NCBI RefSeq assembly: GCF_001194135.2
Contig: NC_068990.1
Location: 16,072,009 to 16,136,008, forward strand
Origin: Octopus bimaculoides
Taxonomy: Eukaryota
Direction of reading: 5' to 3'
Length of the DNA: 64,000 nucleotides
Shown here: positions 48,136-61,340 of the stretch, one piece after another
How positions within the stretch are numbered: position 1 is the first letter of the stretch
Layout: each line of letters opens with the position of its first letter
Notes under the pieces: model-generated
Seen by the model: the letters and a program-made list of their open reading frames with translations, nothing else
Databases searched by the model: none
Told to the model about the DNA's origin: nothing
Position numbers and translations under genes: made by a program

Positions 48136-48754
48136 ATATTCCTACCACCCATAAACATACAAAAACTCCACATTTTTTTCACACTTAGAACTGCCAAAGC
48201 ATGAAACAAACTACCCACATCAGTTCTTAATCTGTCAGGACACTGAATCCTTCAAAACTTCCATTCTTACCCAAATTCCCCAACACTACTCTCAGCATGC
48301 CTAAGCACCCCTTTCCTCTTTATGGCTCTTTTTTGTGTTTTATTCTGGCTGCATGTTCTATTAGCTTTCACTACTGTCTTTCTTTATTTGGTTTATATAT
48401 CTTTCTGTTCACTCGGTTAATCTTTTCCAAAGAGTTGTAGTGCACCTGAGCACTGTATACAATAAGCCTGTTTTGTTGTTGTTGTTATTGTTGTTGGTCT
48501 TCTTCTTCTTCTTCTTCTTTTTTGCTAGATCATAGGACCAAATGCTTAGTGACATTTCTTTGGTCCTTGACAAAGCTTGACTTCGGCAATGGCTTCCATC
48601 CTTGCGTGGCTGATAAATCAAGTACCAGTTCAGTACTGGGTTGATGTAATCAACTAGCTTCTCCCTCCAAAGTTTTAGGCCTTGTGCTTATGGTAGAAAG
48701 AATCATCATCATCGTCATCGTTATTATTATTATTATCATTATTATTATTATTAA

Positions 48755-48970
48755 AAAGGCAGCAAGCTGGCAAAATTGTTAGCATGCTGGGTGAAAAGCT
48801 TAGTGGTATTTTGTCTGTCGCTACGTTCTGAGTCCAAAATCCACTGAGGTTGATTTTTGCCTTTCATCCTTTCAGGGTTGATAGATTAAATACCAGTGAA
48901 ACACTGGAGTCGATGTAATCGACTTATCCCCTCTGCCAAAATGGATGCCCTTGTGGCAAAATTTGAAACC
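48755..48970 (+). mobile_element. SINE family B between (ATT)n tracts; an older partial B copy lies at 48520-48700
   Basis: aaggcagcaagctggcaaaattgttagcatg...ggagtcgatgtaatcgactt. Confidence 0.8.
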
Positions 48971-49205
48971 ATTATTATTATTATTGTTAAAAGATGGTAC
49001 CCTAGCATTGTTTCAGTCTAATAAAAAGAGTATTTAAGAAATAATTCTTTAACCCAGCAAACCACATTAAATAAATTCAAGAAAAATTCCACCTTATTTC
49101 CAAAAGTATATAAGCAGTAAACTGCATTGTCAAATGTGATACATCATCAATATAGGGTGTCTGTCTCTCTATTAAGATATAACTACCATGTCTTTACCTT
49201 TACTC

Positions 49206-49460
49206 TGTGCAATAGTAACTGGATCATTCTAGCATGTGCCTTAGTATTTATGTCATACTAACATGTGCCTTAGTGACTATGTCACACTAACATGTGCCTT
49301 CACAACCAGATCACTTTAACATGATTCTTAATAGCTAGGTCACTAACATGTGCCTTAGTAACTAGGTCACCCTAACATGGTTCATAGTAAATAGGTCATT
49401 CTAACATGTGCCTTAGTAAGTAGGTCACTCATGTTCCTTAGTGATTAGGGTTATTTTAAT
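49206..49460. repeat. ~29-bp minisatellite, about 8 copies
   Basis: The ctaacatgtgccttagtaactaggtca-like unit starts at 49229, 49258, 49287, 49316 and 49343. Confidence 0.9.
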
Positions 49461-49496
49461 ATCTCCTGGTTAGTCTGTTCTGTACTGAATAGTATG

Positions 49497-49735
49497 ATAC
49501 ATCATCATCATCATTTAATGTTCATTTTTGTATGTTTGTATGGGTTAGCTGGAATTAGTTGTGGTAGATTTTCTATGGCTGGATGCCTTCCTGTCACCAA
49601 CCCTCACCTATTTCCAAGTAAGGTAATCTTTCTCTCTGGTCTGACATGGTTTTCATGGAAGATTGAAAATGAAAGACACTGCTGTGTAACAGTGACACTC
49701 ATTTACAACTAACACACAATGTCAAGACAAAGAGA
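49497..49735 (-). mobile_element. Family D-related element
   Basis: catcatcatcatttaatgttc...ggctggatgccttcctgtcaccaaccc; related copies at 31165-31285 and 53195-53440. Confidence 0.7.
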
Positions 49736-50309
49736 CACCAACTCAAATACACATGCACACACATATACTTACATATGTATATACATACATACATGCACTC
49801 ACACACACACACAATAGGCTTCCACACACTTTCCATCTACTAAATTCACTCACAAAGTATTGGTCAGCTAGGGCTATAGTAGAAGACACTTAATCAAAGT
49901 GCCATGCAGTGGGATTGAATATGGAACCATATGCTTGCACCTACGTATATTACTATAGTGTGCATCTTGCTGATTTATATACTAGGATACTTTACCACAT
50001 TTCAGAGACTAGATCTTTCTTTAACATGTCTGGGTTGCTTTTTATTGAATAAAATGATAATTTTACTTTTTATTAGGATATTCTACTATGTCGCTTTCTA
50101 TAATGGCCTTATGTTGAATATCATAATATGTCTTCTTCAGTGATGGATCCCTAGTTTTGACTAGTCTGCACTGGCTGGCATACAACAAAGCAAATGACTT
50201 TGTCTCTCTTCCTGATGTTTTTAGATAAAGAGTAATCGTTTGAAACACTAGTACTACACTCTCTGTTGAGCAACTGAAATTATCAAATACTTCTAGAACT
50301 CTCCAATAG

Positions 50310-50745
50310 TCTAAACTAACATCCATTCCATCCAGCCATCTTCTCTGCCCTTTCCTCATGGGAAAGTCATGAGACACCTCCTCCAGAAGAGGAAGCAATT
50401 GTAATTATACTTTCTGGCTGGATTCCCAAGTGTAACTAATTGAGACTATGGATATTATCCAACCATCTCATTTTTGGTCTCCCTCTAGGCCCCTTGCTGG
50501 TTGGTTCAGGTTGGAGAATCCTTCTTGTGATCCTTCCCTGTTACATTCTAATCATATGTTCATAGTATTGGAGTTTTGCCTTCTTAGTGCAGAAAATAAT
50601 GGCTTAACCTACAGAGACTCCTTGATCTCTGAGTAACCCTACTCCAGTGATTCTTCAGAGGAACCCCATTTGTATTCATGATCATACTCTTTTGGTCATT
50701 ACCTACCATATCTGATGGTCATATTGCTATCCACCATCTGCCACC
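50310..50745 (-). pseudogene. RTE-clade LINE C-terminal coding relic and 3' end
   Basis: Minus frames MGFL*RITGV.. / AKLQYYEHMIRM*QGRITRRILQPEPTSKGPRGRPKMRWLDNI. Confidence 0.8.
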
Positions 50746-50889
50746 CATTCTCTAGGAGAACAGTTCTCATGAGAACTATACTAAGATGTCCTTCTTAAGT
50801 AAATAGCTACTTCATTGATTTACTGATTTCAATACATCTCACTGAAAGCTAAATACATTAACTTACTAGGGTACACTAGACTGACTCCC

Positions 50890-51304
50890 TTAATCCTTTT
50901 GTTACCATATTTCTATTGAAATACACTGCTTTTGTTTTAATTAATTTTGAAAATAATGCAGAATTTAGTAAAACAACTGTCATTATTAAGTTGGTGTTTG
51001 GAACATAAATTGATTTTAGATTTTGGCACAAGGTCAGCAGGTTTGGGGAAGGGATTTAGTTGATTATGTCAACCCCAGTGTTCAACTGATACTTATTTTA
51101 TTGACCTTGAAAGGATGAAAGGCAAAGTGAACCTCGGCAGAATTTGAACTCAGAATGTGAAGACGGATGAGTGATGCTTTGTTTGGAACATAAATTAATG
51201 AGAAAATTACAAGATGGAAGGTTTCAATTTAACTCACTTTAAAACAGTAAATTTGATTCATTGAACCAGTTGCAGTTTCAGGTAGGTTGGTATCAAAAGA
51301 GTTG
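50890..51304 (+). mobile_element. MITE family F with a nested SINE-B (51012-51179, minus strand, 17-bp TSD)
   Basis: ttaatcctttt...tatcaaaagagttga; TSD tgtttggaacataaatt at 50995-51011 and 51180-51196. Confidence 0.8.
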
Positions 51305-51462
51305 AAAAATAGAAAGAAGATTAGACAATGCTAAAAATTTTCTACTTTAACCCTTTAGCATTCAGATTACTCTGTCAAATGTAGTGCTTATTTATTCACA
51401 TTATTTTGAATTAATCATGCATTTATCTTGTGGTGCCAAGATTTTGATGATTAGAATCTTCC

Positions 51463-51569
51463 ATCAAAATTTCATGTTAATTTGTTCCAAGCATAATATT
51501 TATGTTGAAATATACTGTATATTTCAACATAAATATGATGTTTGGAACAAATTAACATGAAATTTTGAT
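51463..51569. repeat. 107-bp palindrome (53-bp arms, 2 mismatches, 1-nt loop)
   Basis: atcaaaatttcatgttaatttgttccaagcataatatttatgttgaaatatac-t-gtatatttcaacataaatatgatgtttggaacaaattaacatgaaattttgat. Confidence 0.95.
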
Positions 51570-52189
51570 TCAATTAATTTTGAAAATAATGAATTTACTG
51601 AAATAATTTTTTCAATATTAAGTTAGTATATGGAATTTAAATTTTCATAAAATTTTGATGGAAGGTTTTAATTTAAATCACTTTAAAACACGAAGTTTGT
51701 GTCATTGACCAAGGGTTTGTCAAGGGTGGGCTGGTATCAAAAGCTTAACACTTGTCTGTCTCAATAGAATATATTTTGCTATGTTGTATAAATTTTATTG
51801 AATAATTTCACATGACTCACTTAAGAAACTATCCCTTCTTGATGACTAGACTATTTCTCAAAGTGGTGTGGTGCACACACCCTTTGGTGGGTCATGGCAA
51901 TATTTTGGTGTGGTGTGGAACTTGTGAGTGGGCTGTAGGTAGGTAACAAGTGAATAAATCTGGCAAGAAGAGTGTTTAACTATGTATGTGTATATACACA
52001 CACACTTGTATGTATGTATTAACACATGCATGTATGTATGTATATACCTATGTATATGTATATACCAGATCTCCAACCTGAGAATAACTTCCTCTTGTCT
52101 CATCAGTCTCAGAGGCTCTGAAGAGAAACATGGGAGGTACCCTTCCTCTTTTGACTGAGTCATTTAAAAGATTATAAAATGTGTCTGGT

Positions 52190-52900
52190 AGATGTGCGTC
52201 ATCATCATCATCACCCTTTTCCTCCTCCACCTCCTCGTCATCATCATTTAACATCCATGTTCTATGCTGGTATGGGTTGGATGACTTGACAGAATCTGAT
52301 GAGTCTGAGGATTGTATCACATTCCAATGTTTGCTTTGATATGGTTTCTACTGTTGGATGCCCTTCCTAATTCTAATCACTTTACTGTGTATACTCCCTG
52401 CTTTTTATTTCATGACACCAGCACTAGAGAGAGGCAACTTTATGCTAGAAGGTAAGGAATTGAAGTATGAGGGAAGAGCCCTTGAGCAGGACAGGTTTCT
52501 TGTTGTAAAGGAGCTACATGGCTACTCACATTATAGAAGAAAGGGTGTGACCAGGGTGAAGCAGGAAAGAAATAAAAATATTGAGGTGTCTGGGTGGACC
52601 CTCAAGGTACAAAGAAGTAGAAGTGAGTGGGGACAAGGGAATCAGAAGTGTGGGTGGATGGGGTTTGCAAGAATGTAGCAACAAATGTAATTAGCTTTGG
52701 AAGATGGATATAGTGGATGGTGGATAAGTGGTAGAGGATGACTAATGATAAATGATGCATGAGTTGGGAGATGTAGGGGATGACTGGCAGTGCGGAAGAA
52801 AGGAATAGAGAGCAACAGAATAGTAATGGTGATGCAGTAAATAGAAGAACAAGAGAGAGAGGTGATAGCTGATTGGGCACATTGCAGGAATGTGTGTGTG
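52190..52900 (-). mobile_element. LINE-like 3' region with a family D tail
   Basis: Homologous to 9500-10192. Confidence 0.6.
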
Positions 52901-53439
52901 TGTATCATCATCATCATCATTATTATTATCATCACCATCGTTTAATGTCTGTTTTTCATGCTGGCATGGACTTGATGGTTTAACATGTAACTGGCCAGCT
53001 GGGGAGCTGATATATATATGTATATATGCTGTGTGGTTAAGAAGTTTGCTTCCTACCTACATGGTTTCACTTCCATTTTCATTGAGTGGCACCTTGGGTA
53101 TGGGACTTTTACTGTAGCTTCTGTCTAATCAAAGCCTTGTGAATGTATTTGGTTGACAAAAACTGAAAGAAGCCCATTGTGTGTGTGTGTATGCTTCCTT
53201 ATCTTGACATTGTGTTATAGTTGCAAACAAATGTCACCATCATACAAGTGATGTTCACTTCCAGTCATCTGTGTAAAAATGTTTAGCTAAAGGGAAATAT
53301 TATCTTGCTTGGAACTAGGTCAGGGTTGGCAACATGAAGGGCACTCAGCCAGAAAAAAAAGGGGCCTCAACAAATTCTGTCTCACCCGTACCAACATGGC
53401 AAAATGGACATTAAAAAATTGATGATGATGATGATGAAA

Positions 53440-53625
53440 ATGCGTTGGTACCATGTAAAAAGCACTCAGTACCCTCTGTAAAGTAGTTGCCATTATGAAG
53501 GGCATCCAGTCTTAGAATCCATGCCAAAACAGACAATTGGAACCTGATGTAGCCCTCTGGCTGGCCAGCTCCTGTCAAACTGTCCAGTTCATGCCAGTAT
53601 GGAAAATGGATATTAAATGATGATG
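53440..53625 (+). mobile_element. Family D element
   Basis: catgtaaaaagcac...gaagggcatccag...ggaaaatggatattaaatgatgatg. Confidence 0.75.
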
Positions 53626-54208
53626 TGGTACTATAATGGCTTCTGCTTCCATGAAGCTGGCTGGTGTCATACCTCAGTTGTTTAGGTATCCAAAGTCCAC
53701 TCATCTCTCATCACACTCATTGCATCTAACTCCCCTCCCAATTTTCCCTACACTAATCACTATACCCAATCCTTCCTCCCAAAACATCATTCCTCTCAGC
53801 TCATGTCGTTCCTCCAGGTGTTGGCCTTCCACAATTTAAACAAGACATTAACGTTATCAACCTTACTAATTTCAGAGAGTTTATTAGGGTCAAAGATCAT
53901 GGGTCTCTGTCCCTTCTTTTAGTAGTAGTAGGAGGTCTATTCTGAGCTCTAAGATTTATCAGGCTGGTTACTTGGTTTTCATGGCATATACCTCATTTTC
54001 TAGCATACAAATCAACATAGTATATGATGTAACCATGTAGTGTTAACATTCAAACATTGTCACTATCTTTTCAAATCCTGCTGCATTTCACATGGAATGT
54101 TTGGTCCTCTAAAGTCATCTTCGTGTATACGTTGACCTGTTTTGAACTATAAATTTTGGTCTACAAAATTTGAATTGTATCCCAGACCAAAATGAAAACA
54201 TTCGACCC

Positions 54209-54642
54209 TTAACCCTGTAGTATTCAGATTAATCTGTCAAATGTGATCCTTATTTACTCACATTACTTTGAATTTGTCATGCATTATTTTGTAGCTTCAA
54301 AGACAGCGAGCTGGCAGAAACGTTAGCATGCTGGGAAATGCTTAGCAGTATTTTGTCTGTCTTCACGTTCTGAGTTCAAATTCCGCTGAGGTCAACTGTA
54401 CCTTTGATCCTTTTGGGGTTGATAAATTAAGTACCAGTTGCGTACTGGGGTCAATCTAATCAACTTCTCACCTCCCCCAAAATTTCGGGCCTTGTGCCTA
54501 GAGTCTTGTAGCTTAAAGATTCCAATGATGTGATTGTTTATTTTTAGAATGATTTTGTAGGGTAGGTGTGAGAGACCAGATCTGACCAGTTTGAACATAA
54601 AACAAGCAGGATATTTAGGCTGGATATGCTAAAAGGATTTAA
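54209..54642 (+). mobile_element. TTAA-type MITE (family E) with a nested SINE-B (about 54301-54503)
   Basis: ttaaccctgtagtattcagatt...gctaaaagg; duplicated ttgtagctt(c)aaaga flanks the SINE; a partial E copy lies at 51349-51450. Confidence 0.7.
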
Positions 54643-54649
54643 ATGAGTG

Positions 54650-54800
54650 CTAGTCCATCACAGGGTACCAATTTACAACTGAGCAAACTGGGGCTGTGTA
54701 AAAGTGTTTTACTCAAGAACACAATGCATTACCTGGTCCAGGAATTGAAACTGTGATCTAATGATCATGAGTACAACACCCTAACCACTAGGCTACATCC
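54650..54800 (-). mobile_element. SINE family C
   Basis: ctcaagaacacaatgc...caacaccctaaccactaggc. Confidence 0.7.
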
Positions 54801-55045
54801 CCTTCCTCCAGACTCAACAAGTAAACACAAAAAAGAAAACAAAAACAAAGCAATTAATTTCAATTTCCTACAATTTCAAGGTGGTCTTTACTGCCGTTTT
54901 TTACCTTCTTTTATTTGTGTTAATAATTTAGGAAATGATTATCCTCATTACTAAAGATGTAATTTAGTTTAATTAAAACTTTTTGACTTTGCTACATCAA
55001 ATATGTTAACACCCACTTTCCCATTGTGTTCTTAGATGGTGTTAA

Positions 55046-55077
<32 letters not shown>

Positions 55078-55704
55078 ATGTCTGCTTGTATATGTGTGTA
55101 CACGTACAAGCAGTACATGTATGTGTGAGAGTTTGTATGAGTGTACCTGTATGTATGTGTGCATGTTTGTTTGTGAGTGTGTGTGTGGGTATGTATGCAT
55201 GTGTATTTGTGTATGTGGGCATGCATGTGCATGTGGTTTGTGTGTAGGTATATATATGCGTGTCTGTGTGTGTGAGTATGTGTCTACTTTCTGTCAAGTC
55301 TTCACCCTAAGACTTTGTGTTACTTTTTTTGGCTCCAGGGCCTTCTCCCTCTCTACATTGTAGATTAAACTTACAATATTACACTAGCTTAAATGTCATT
55401 ATATTATATACTGACTACCTTATGGTGATATTGCCCGACTCCACCATTCACAGCATACATTCCATGCATAGTCTTGATTTCTTTATTCTTAACACTATCT
55501 CAACAGTTTTATTTCCTGCGGAATTCCAAAAATCTCCTCATTACAATACTACAAAATATATATTTTTGCTAAGCTCTCACAATGCATCAACTTTATATGT
55601 TTTATAGTGAGATTATTACAGTTATCTACTTGTTTTTAACCAACAACATCTTTACATTGGGCAAAAATATTTTACAAAATTTATTTAGAAATTGACTTCA
55701 AGTT

Positions 55705-56115
55705 GCAGATATGGCTGTGTGGTAAGAAGTTTGGTTCACAACTGCATGGTTCTGGGTTCAGTCCACTGCATGGCAACTTGGGCAAGTGTTTTCTACTATA
55801 GCCTTGGGCTGACCGATGTCTTGTGAGTCAATTTGGTATAGATGGAAACTGAAAGAAGCCCATCATATGTGTGTGTGTTGTGTGTGTGTGTGTGTGTTTA
55901 TATCTGTGTGTCCCCCCCACTACTGCTTGAAAACTGCTGTAGGTGTGTTTACATCCCTGTAACTTAGTAGTTTAGCAAAAGAAACTGAAAGAATAGGTAT
56001 TGGGCCTAAAAATATAAGTACTGGAGTGAATTCATTCAACTAAAAATTCACCAAGACAGTGCTCCAGCATGGCTGCAGTCTAATTAGAAACTGAAACAAG
56101 CAAAAGGCAAAAAGA
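55705..56115 (+). mobile_element. SINE family A, full length
   Basis: Head and tail match the other A copies. Confidence 0.85.
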
Positions 56116-56215
56116 TAAACGGTAAGTCAAGAAATAAACCATTGGAAATAAAACAAAAATGGTTTCAAAGAATGACTATGTTCTTTTCTCTCTCTCTCTC
56201 TCTCTCTCTCACTCG

Positions 56216-56256
<41 letters not shown>

Positions 56257-56519
56257 TAAAAGCTCTTATAACCTGTACTAAATTATGAGCAGGGGCTTCA
56301 AATTTCCATGTCTATTAGACTAGTTTATTGGTACTTTGCTCAACACAGTATTAATAAACTTGTATCATTTATGTCTGTATTTCATTTAAATAAATTGAAT
56401 ATTTGTTTAATTTAGAGTATGTTGGCCCTGGTTCGAAAAATATCAATAATCTAGGATGGTTTTGGCAACAAAGATTCAAAAAAATTGTTCTTGTACTAAT
56501 ATATACATAGTTTCACCTG

Positions 56520-56822
56520 ACTGACTCCTAGCATGGTCGATGCCTGTGCCAGCTGACTGGTTCTGTGCTGGTGACATTTAAAAAGCACCATTCAAGCATG
56601 GTCGTTGCCAGTATTGCCTGATTGGCCCTCATGCCAGTGGCATGTAAAAAGCACCCACTACACTCTCGGAGTGGTTAGTGTTAGGAAGGGCATCCAGCTG
56701 TAGAAACTTTACCAGATCGGATTGGATCCTGGTACAGCCTTCTGGCTCACCAGCCCTCAGTCAAACCGTTGAACGCTTGCCAGCATGGAAAGCAGACGTT
56801 AAACGACAATGATGATGATGAT
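56520..56822 (+). mobile_element. Family D element
   Basis: gcacccactacactctcggagtggttagtgttaggaagggcatccagc...gatgatgatg. Confidence 0.85.
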
Positions 56823-57629
56823 ATATGCATATCAGGTCAATCTTGTACTACTGATAATGTGTTCTAGTACAACCTGTTGCATGGCTGGATTGTTGGTAAT
56901 TAAACTAGCTATTCCATCAAGCTTGTTTGGTAAGGATGGTGGTTTTTTGATACCCTGCAGTATGAAAACCAAAATCCTTCAAGGAGCAGAACCCAGTAGA
57001 ATCAAAAGCCACCCAATATAGTCAAGGGTAGATGATGGCTCACCAGTCGCAGTGAAAGCAGTCCATCTAGGAGAAGGAAATCTCTGAAATAAAAACTGTT
57101 CAGCAAGGACTTGCAACCAGCTGATACTATTTTGCACAGAAAAAATTATGGCATGAAGGTGTTATAGTTTCAACTATGGACGACTGATTAAATATATATA
57201 TTTAATAAAGTATTTTCAATGTAGCACCCAACCAGAACTCTTGGCTATCTACGCTCTTGAACTGGAACCTTGAGGAAAAGTGAAAGCCTTGGTACATCAC
57301 TGGTTAAAGCAGTGTGTGAGTCTTATGAAGAGTAACATTTAATACAATTAAGATCACCATTATAATGAATTTAGCATATCTATTTTATTAGTAACAATTG
57401 TTTCAGTCTTGCTTTGTTGCCATTGCATGTTATATGATTTCATGTGAAATGTTACAAAATAATTGCAGTTGATTATTTTGGAGGCTGAATTTGCCTCCAA
57501 TGCACCTACGCAATTTACTTAACAAGTTTAATACACTTGCTGAATGGTTTTAAAAGTGGCTTACATAATTTTCTTAGTTTATTTAAAATTCTTTAGAAAC
57601 TATAATCTAGATATTACTTTTTTGTACAA

Positions 57630-57830
57630 TTTTCAGGTTGCAAACATTTTAAATGCAACTTTGGATCTCAAATCAGGGCTATTTTACCCCTATCACAAAC
57701 CAGTTGAGACCATGACTTATGTAAGCCACTTTTCAAATCAACATACCCTGAGTGTATTAAACTCATTTGTAAATGGCATCTCAAATTGAATATCACATCT
57801 CTCTGTTAATGAGGATATCTTCGACACCTG
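57630..57830 (+). pseudogene. Penelope-like reverse transcriptase (thumb region) relic
   Basis: ANILNATLDLKSGLFYPYHKPVETMTYVSHFSNQHTLSVLNSFVNGISN*ISHLSVNEDIFD resembles NFLDVTLDL..G.Y.PY.KPN....Y.H..SNHP..I...IP..I..R.S.LS.NE.IF. Confidence 0.75.
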
Positions 57831-60144
57831 TATATCTATCTATCTATACATATACGTTGTTGTTGTTGTTGGTATTTAGCCCCAGGTTAGCCCTGACTGA
57901 GCAGAACTGTGATTAAAGACATTTCACTACCGTTTAACCCATCTTTTTTTTACTTACCTCAAGTACAAGGCACCCAAGTCCACACCATCTAATGTGTGCC
58001 TCTTGTTTTAAAAAATAACTGCCATTTCTAGCATGTAAGTATTGTTTGGTTCAGGTTAGCTCTGATCAAGCAGATCTATGATCAAAGGCAATCCAACCAT
58101 GACCATTTAGATATTGTGCATCAAGGACTTCATTAGGCAGTGTCTCTTTCTATTTGGAAATGTCAGGGTATAATATTAAGGAGATCTGACTGCTATTTTT
58201 AGCAGGTCGATAGACCACATAGCAACTTCCTCGTTGTTGTAGTGACAAAAGTGGTGGATGGGTGATATTGTTTTGAAGGGGAAAAACAAACTTCATAAGT
58301 AAAGTCTTCGTGTAAACATCGATAGCTAAAATAAATTTACGTTTTTAAACATTTCTATTTAAAAATTATGATTCATAGATTGTGAAAGAGGTGAAAGTTT
58401 TGTTTTGGAGATTTGAATTCTGCACCTGTTTACATAGAGTAGCTTCTTCCTTCTATTTTTGTTTATGAGTTAACCTTCAGTACTTCAGTAACCTTCATGT
58501 ATTTTCAATATTATCAAACTTAAATATCCTGGCACGCGGGCCTCATGATTGCACAAAACGGTAACGGGCAATCCTTCGATATAGATACACAACATCATTC
58601 ACCCACACAACCTTTCCTCATGACATAGATAAAGAGACGATGCTGAATGATGTCTCCTCACACCGACACTCTGTAGACCGATACCGAAGGAACGCCCGGT
58701 AATGTTCGCAAAACTAAGTGAAATTTCGTACCCAAAACTAATCTTTCGTTTCTATTTATGAATATTTATTTTTACGCATGTTTCCTAATTAACTTAATTA
58801 ATAACACAAGCCCCCCCCCCCCAAGCAGCAGCAGTATTTCTCCTGATTAGCCTAAAACTCTCTGTAAACAAGCTAAAGTAACGATGCGTCTGAAAGAGAA
58901 ACGAGATGTCTCTGTTGAAAACAATTGTGAAATATAACATAAATAAATAACAGGAAAAATTGATGTTAAAATTATTTGGGTAATTGAAACTATAATCAAG
59001 TCAATGACATTTCGGGGACTAATTAACTTTTATAGTTGTTTTTCCTCGTCTGTTAAAGAGATTGACAAAAAATTTTACAAGTGTTCATACATTTGTAAAT
59101 GGCTTAGACACGTTTGCCTTGAGAGCCATTGGAATGGATACTTTCTTGATCTCAATATATTTTACAGTAAGGAAATAACATTGGCAGGTTTCATTTAGTA
59201 CAGAGAAAATTGTTGTTTATACCATGGAACATTTTAATTTTATTTTATTAAATACGCAATAAATAGCAGAAATTTTTTTCTGAGAAAAAACATCGGTGGA
59301 GTTTGAGAATAGTTAAAATTAATAAACTTATGGGTTTCTTTACCTTTTGTGTTGCATAGAAAAAAAAGAGAGAAAAAAGAAAACGATTTTACAGAATGGT
59401 GAAAGTATGAAAAACAAACTAAAATATATGTTAATCGTGAAAAGTACACAGGAGGAGGAGGGTAGCGTTAAGAACATGTTTTAAAATGGGAATTACAGGT
59501 GTTTCAGATCGTGGAATACAATAAAAATGTAAAATAATGAAAAAGAAAAAGGAGAAAAAAAAATGTGCAAGTTATTGTGAGGCATGAAGGACGTGGGTGG
59601 GAGGGTAACATTTGAAAAACATGGATTTTGAAAAAAAAAATTGGAAGAAAAGATGAGATTTACAAGTGTTTTGCAATCTTTGATACCACGAGATGCCGAA
59701 AAATTCTGAAAACCCTCAAGAAATTCATTTTACTCGCGACAGCTATTCTTAAAGTCCATCACTTATTCATAGAGACGGGGAAAAAAGCAATTGAATTGGA
59801 TATCTTTCTCTCCTTTATTCTTTTCTCTTTTATTTTTGTTCTCACTGTATTCTTGCGTTTCATACAATAGGAATTACGATTCTAAATCAATCAATCAATA
59901 CATACATTTCTTTTCACCAAAAAATTTTAATTTTTGTCACCAATTTCGTCCCCTTTTATTCCCCATACTGTCCACAAAATAGTGATAACTATTCCTAAAA
60001 CTCCGCCAAACTATTATCCTCTGTCTTTACCTTTTTTCCAGAAAGGAGATGATAATGCGGAAAAAAAATATTGGACTTTTTTCGCATCTAGCCTGTTAGT
60101 CGGCGACACGACCAAAAGCAAGCAATAATAATGTAAATCGTTTC

Positions 60145-60352
60145 TGCTACAGGCACAAGGCCTGAAATTTCTTTATTCCTTTATTTTTTTTGTGGGTTGG
60201 TGGGGGGCTAGTCGATTACATCGACTCCAGTACGCAACTGGTACTTATTTCATCGACCCTGAAATGATGAAAGGCAAATTCGATTTCAGCAGAATTTGAA
60301 CTCAGAAGCTAAAGCCGGAAAAATCGTCCCTAAGCATTTTGTCCGGCGCAGT
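60145..60352 (-). mobile_element. SINE family B with CpGs retained
   Basis: gtcgattacatcgactccagtacgc...gcattttgtccggcgc. Confidence 0.85.
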
Positions 60353-60479
60353 TCTAGCTTGAATAAAATGAGTAACAAACCAAGGTAAGAGTTTTGTCCA
60401 GGGCCTGACATTAGCAATTAACATGTGTTTAATTACAGTTTGTTTACAGACACACCTCGCATAGGGAGAACAGTCAGTG

Positions 60480-61181
60480 TGCATTAGGGAAGAATGGAGA
60501 GAGGAGAATTGGAGTGATAGAGCGGGATAATCAACAGCCGAGCGCGAGTTCGGTCCTCACTTCAACTCTTGAAACTTGTCGATCATTCGAAAAAAATTGT
60601 TTTCACCCAAGAAGTAAAAGAAGCTAATCTCTTTGATGTCGACTGCTCGCCGCCAGCTTTCGCTGCCATCAATCATCCAATGAATGTCTGTACGGCTATC
60701 AGTGACGTCATCACAAGCCGCTGATTTCAACCAATCGCTGACAACTTCGTCGCCTTCCCCTCTCAGGGCGAGCGAGTGCAATCATGGCATCTCTCTCTGA
60801 TTGTTGAACATTATTTAATAAGTCGGGGCATTTCCGCATCAATCCCTTGCTCCGAGTTCGTTAACCGGCGTGACCAGAAAGCGAGCAGATCGTCCAACGA
60901 CCAGCTCGACAGCTTTTCATTGTCAGCCAGACACTTTGCCTATCATTATTACTAGTACTAATATTATTATTATTACTATTGTTATTAATTTAATTATCTA
61001 TTTACGTCGGGCAGCCAGAACTCGCTCGCTCTCTCTGCCAACGTCTTCTACTTATTCAGGGCGGCTTTTTCTTTTTCTTTCTATCCGTTTGATGGAGTTA
61101 ACGACGTGGATATATGCCAACGACGCACTACCAACAGCACGTGTTTGACACATCCATTTATTCCTTACAAAAAAAGTAAGT
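60480..61181. promoter_or_regulatory. CpG-rich putative bidirectional promoter with candidate first exons
   Basis: High CpG density; TGACGTCA at 60703-60710; CCAAT at 60677 and 60731; outward-facing donors AA|gtgagg (minus, 60560) and AA|gtaagt (plus, 61176). Confidence 0.5.
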
Positions 61182-61297
61182 AGACTTCTTTCGTCTCCTT
61201 CAGGTTCAATTTACAGCTGAAATATCTTTAACAGAACTCAGGGAACAACGTCTATAATTTATTATTTACTTTACTATCTCCATCCTCAATTGCATGA

Positions 61298-61340
<43 letters not shown>

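Noticed and set aside
60870-61148. 92-aa plus-strand ORF in the promoter region
   Set aside because: Starts at GTG, includes an (ATT)n tract, and is better explained as 5' UTR.
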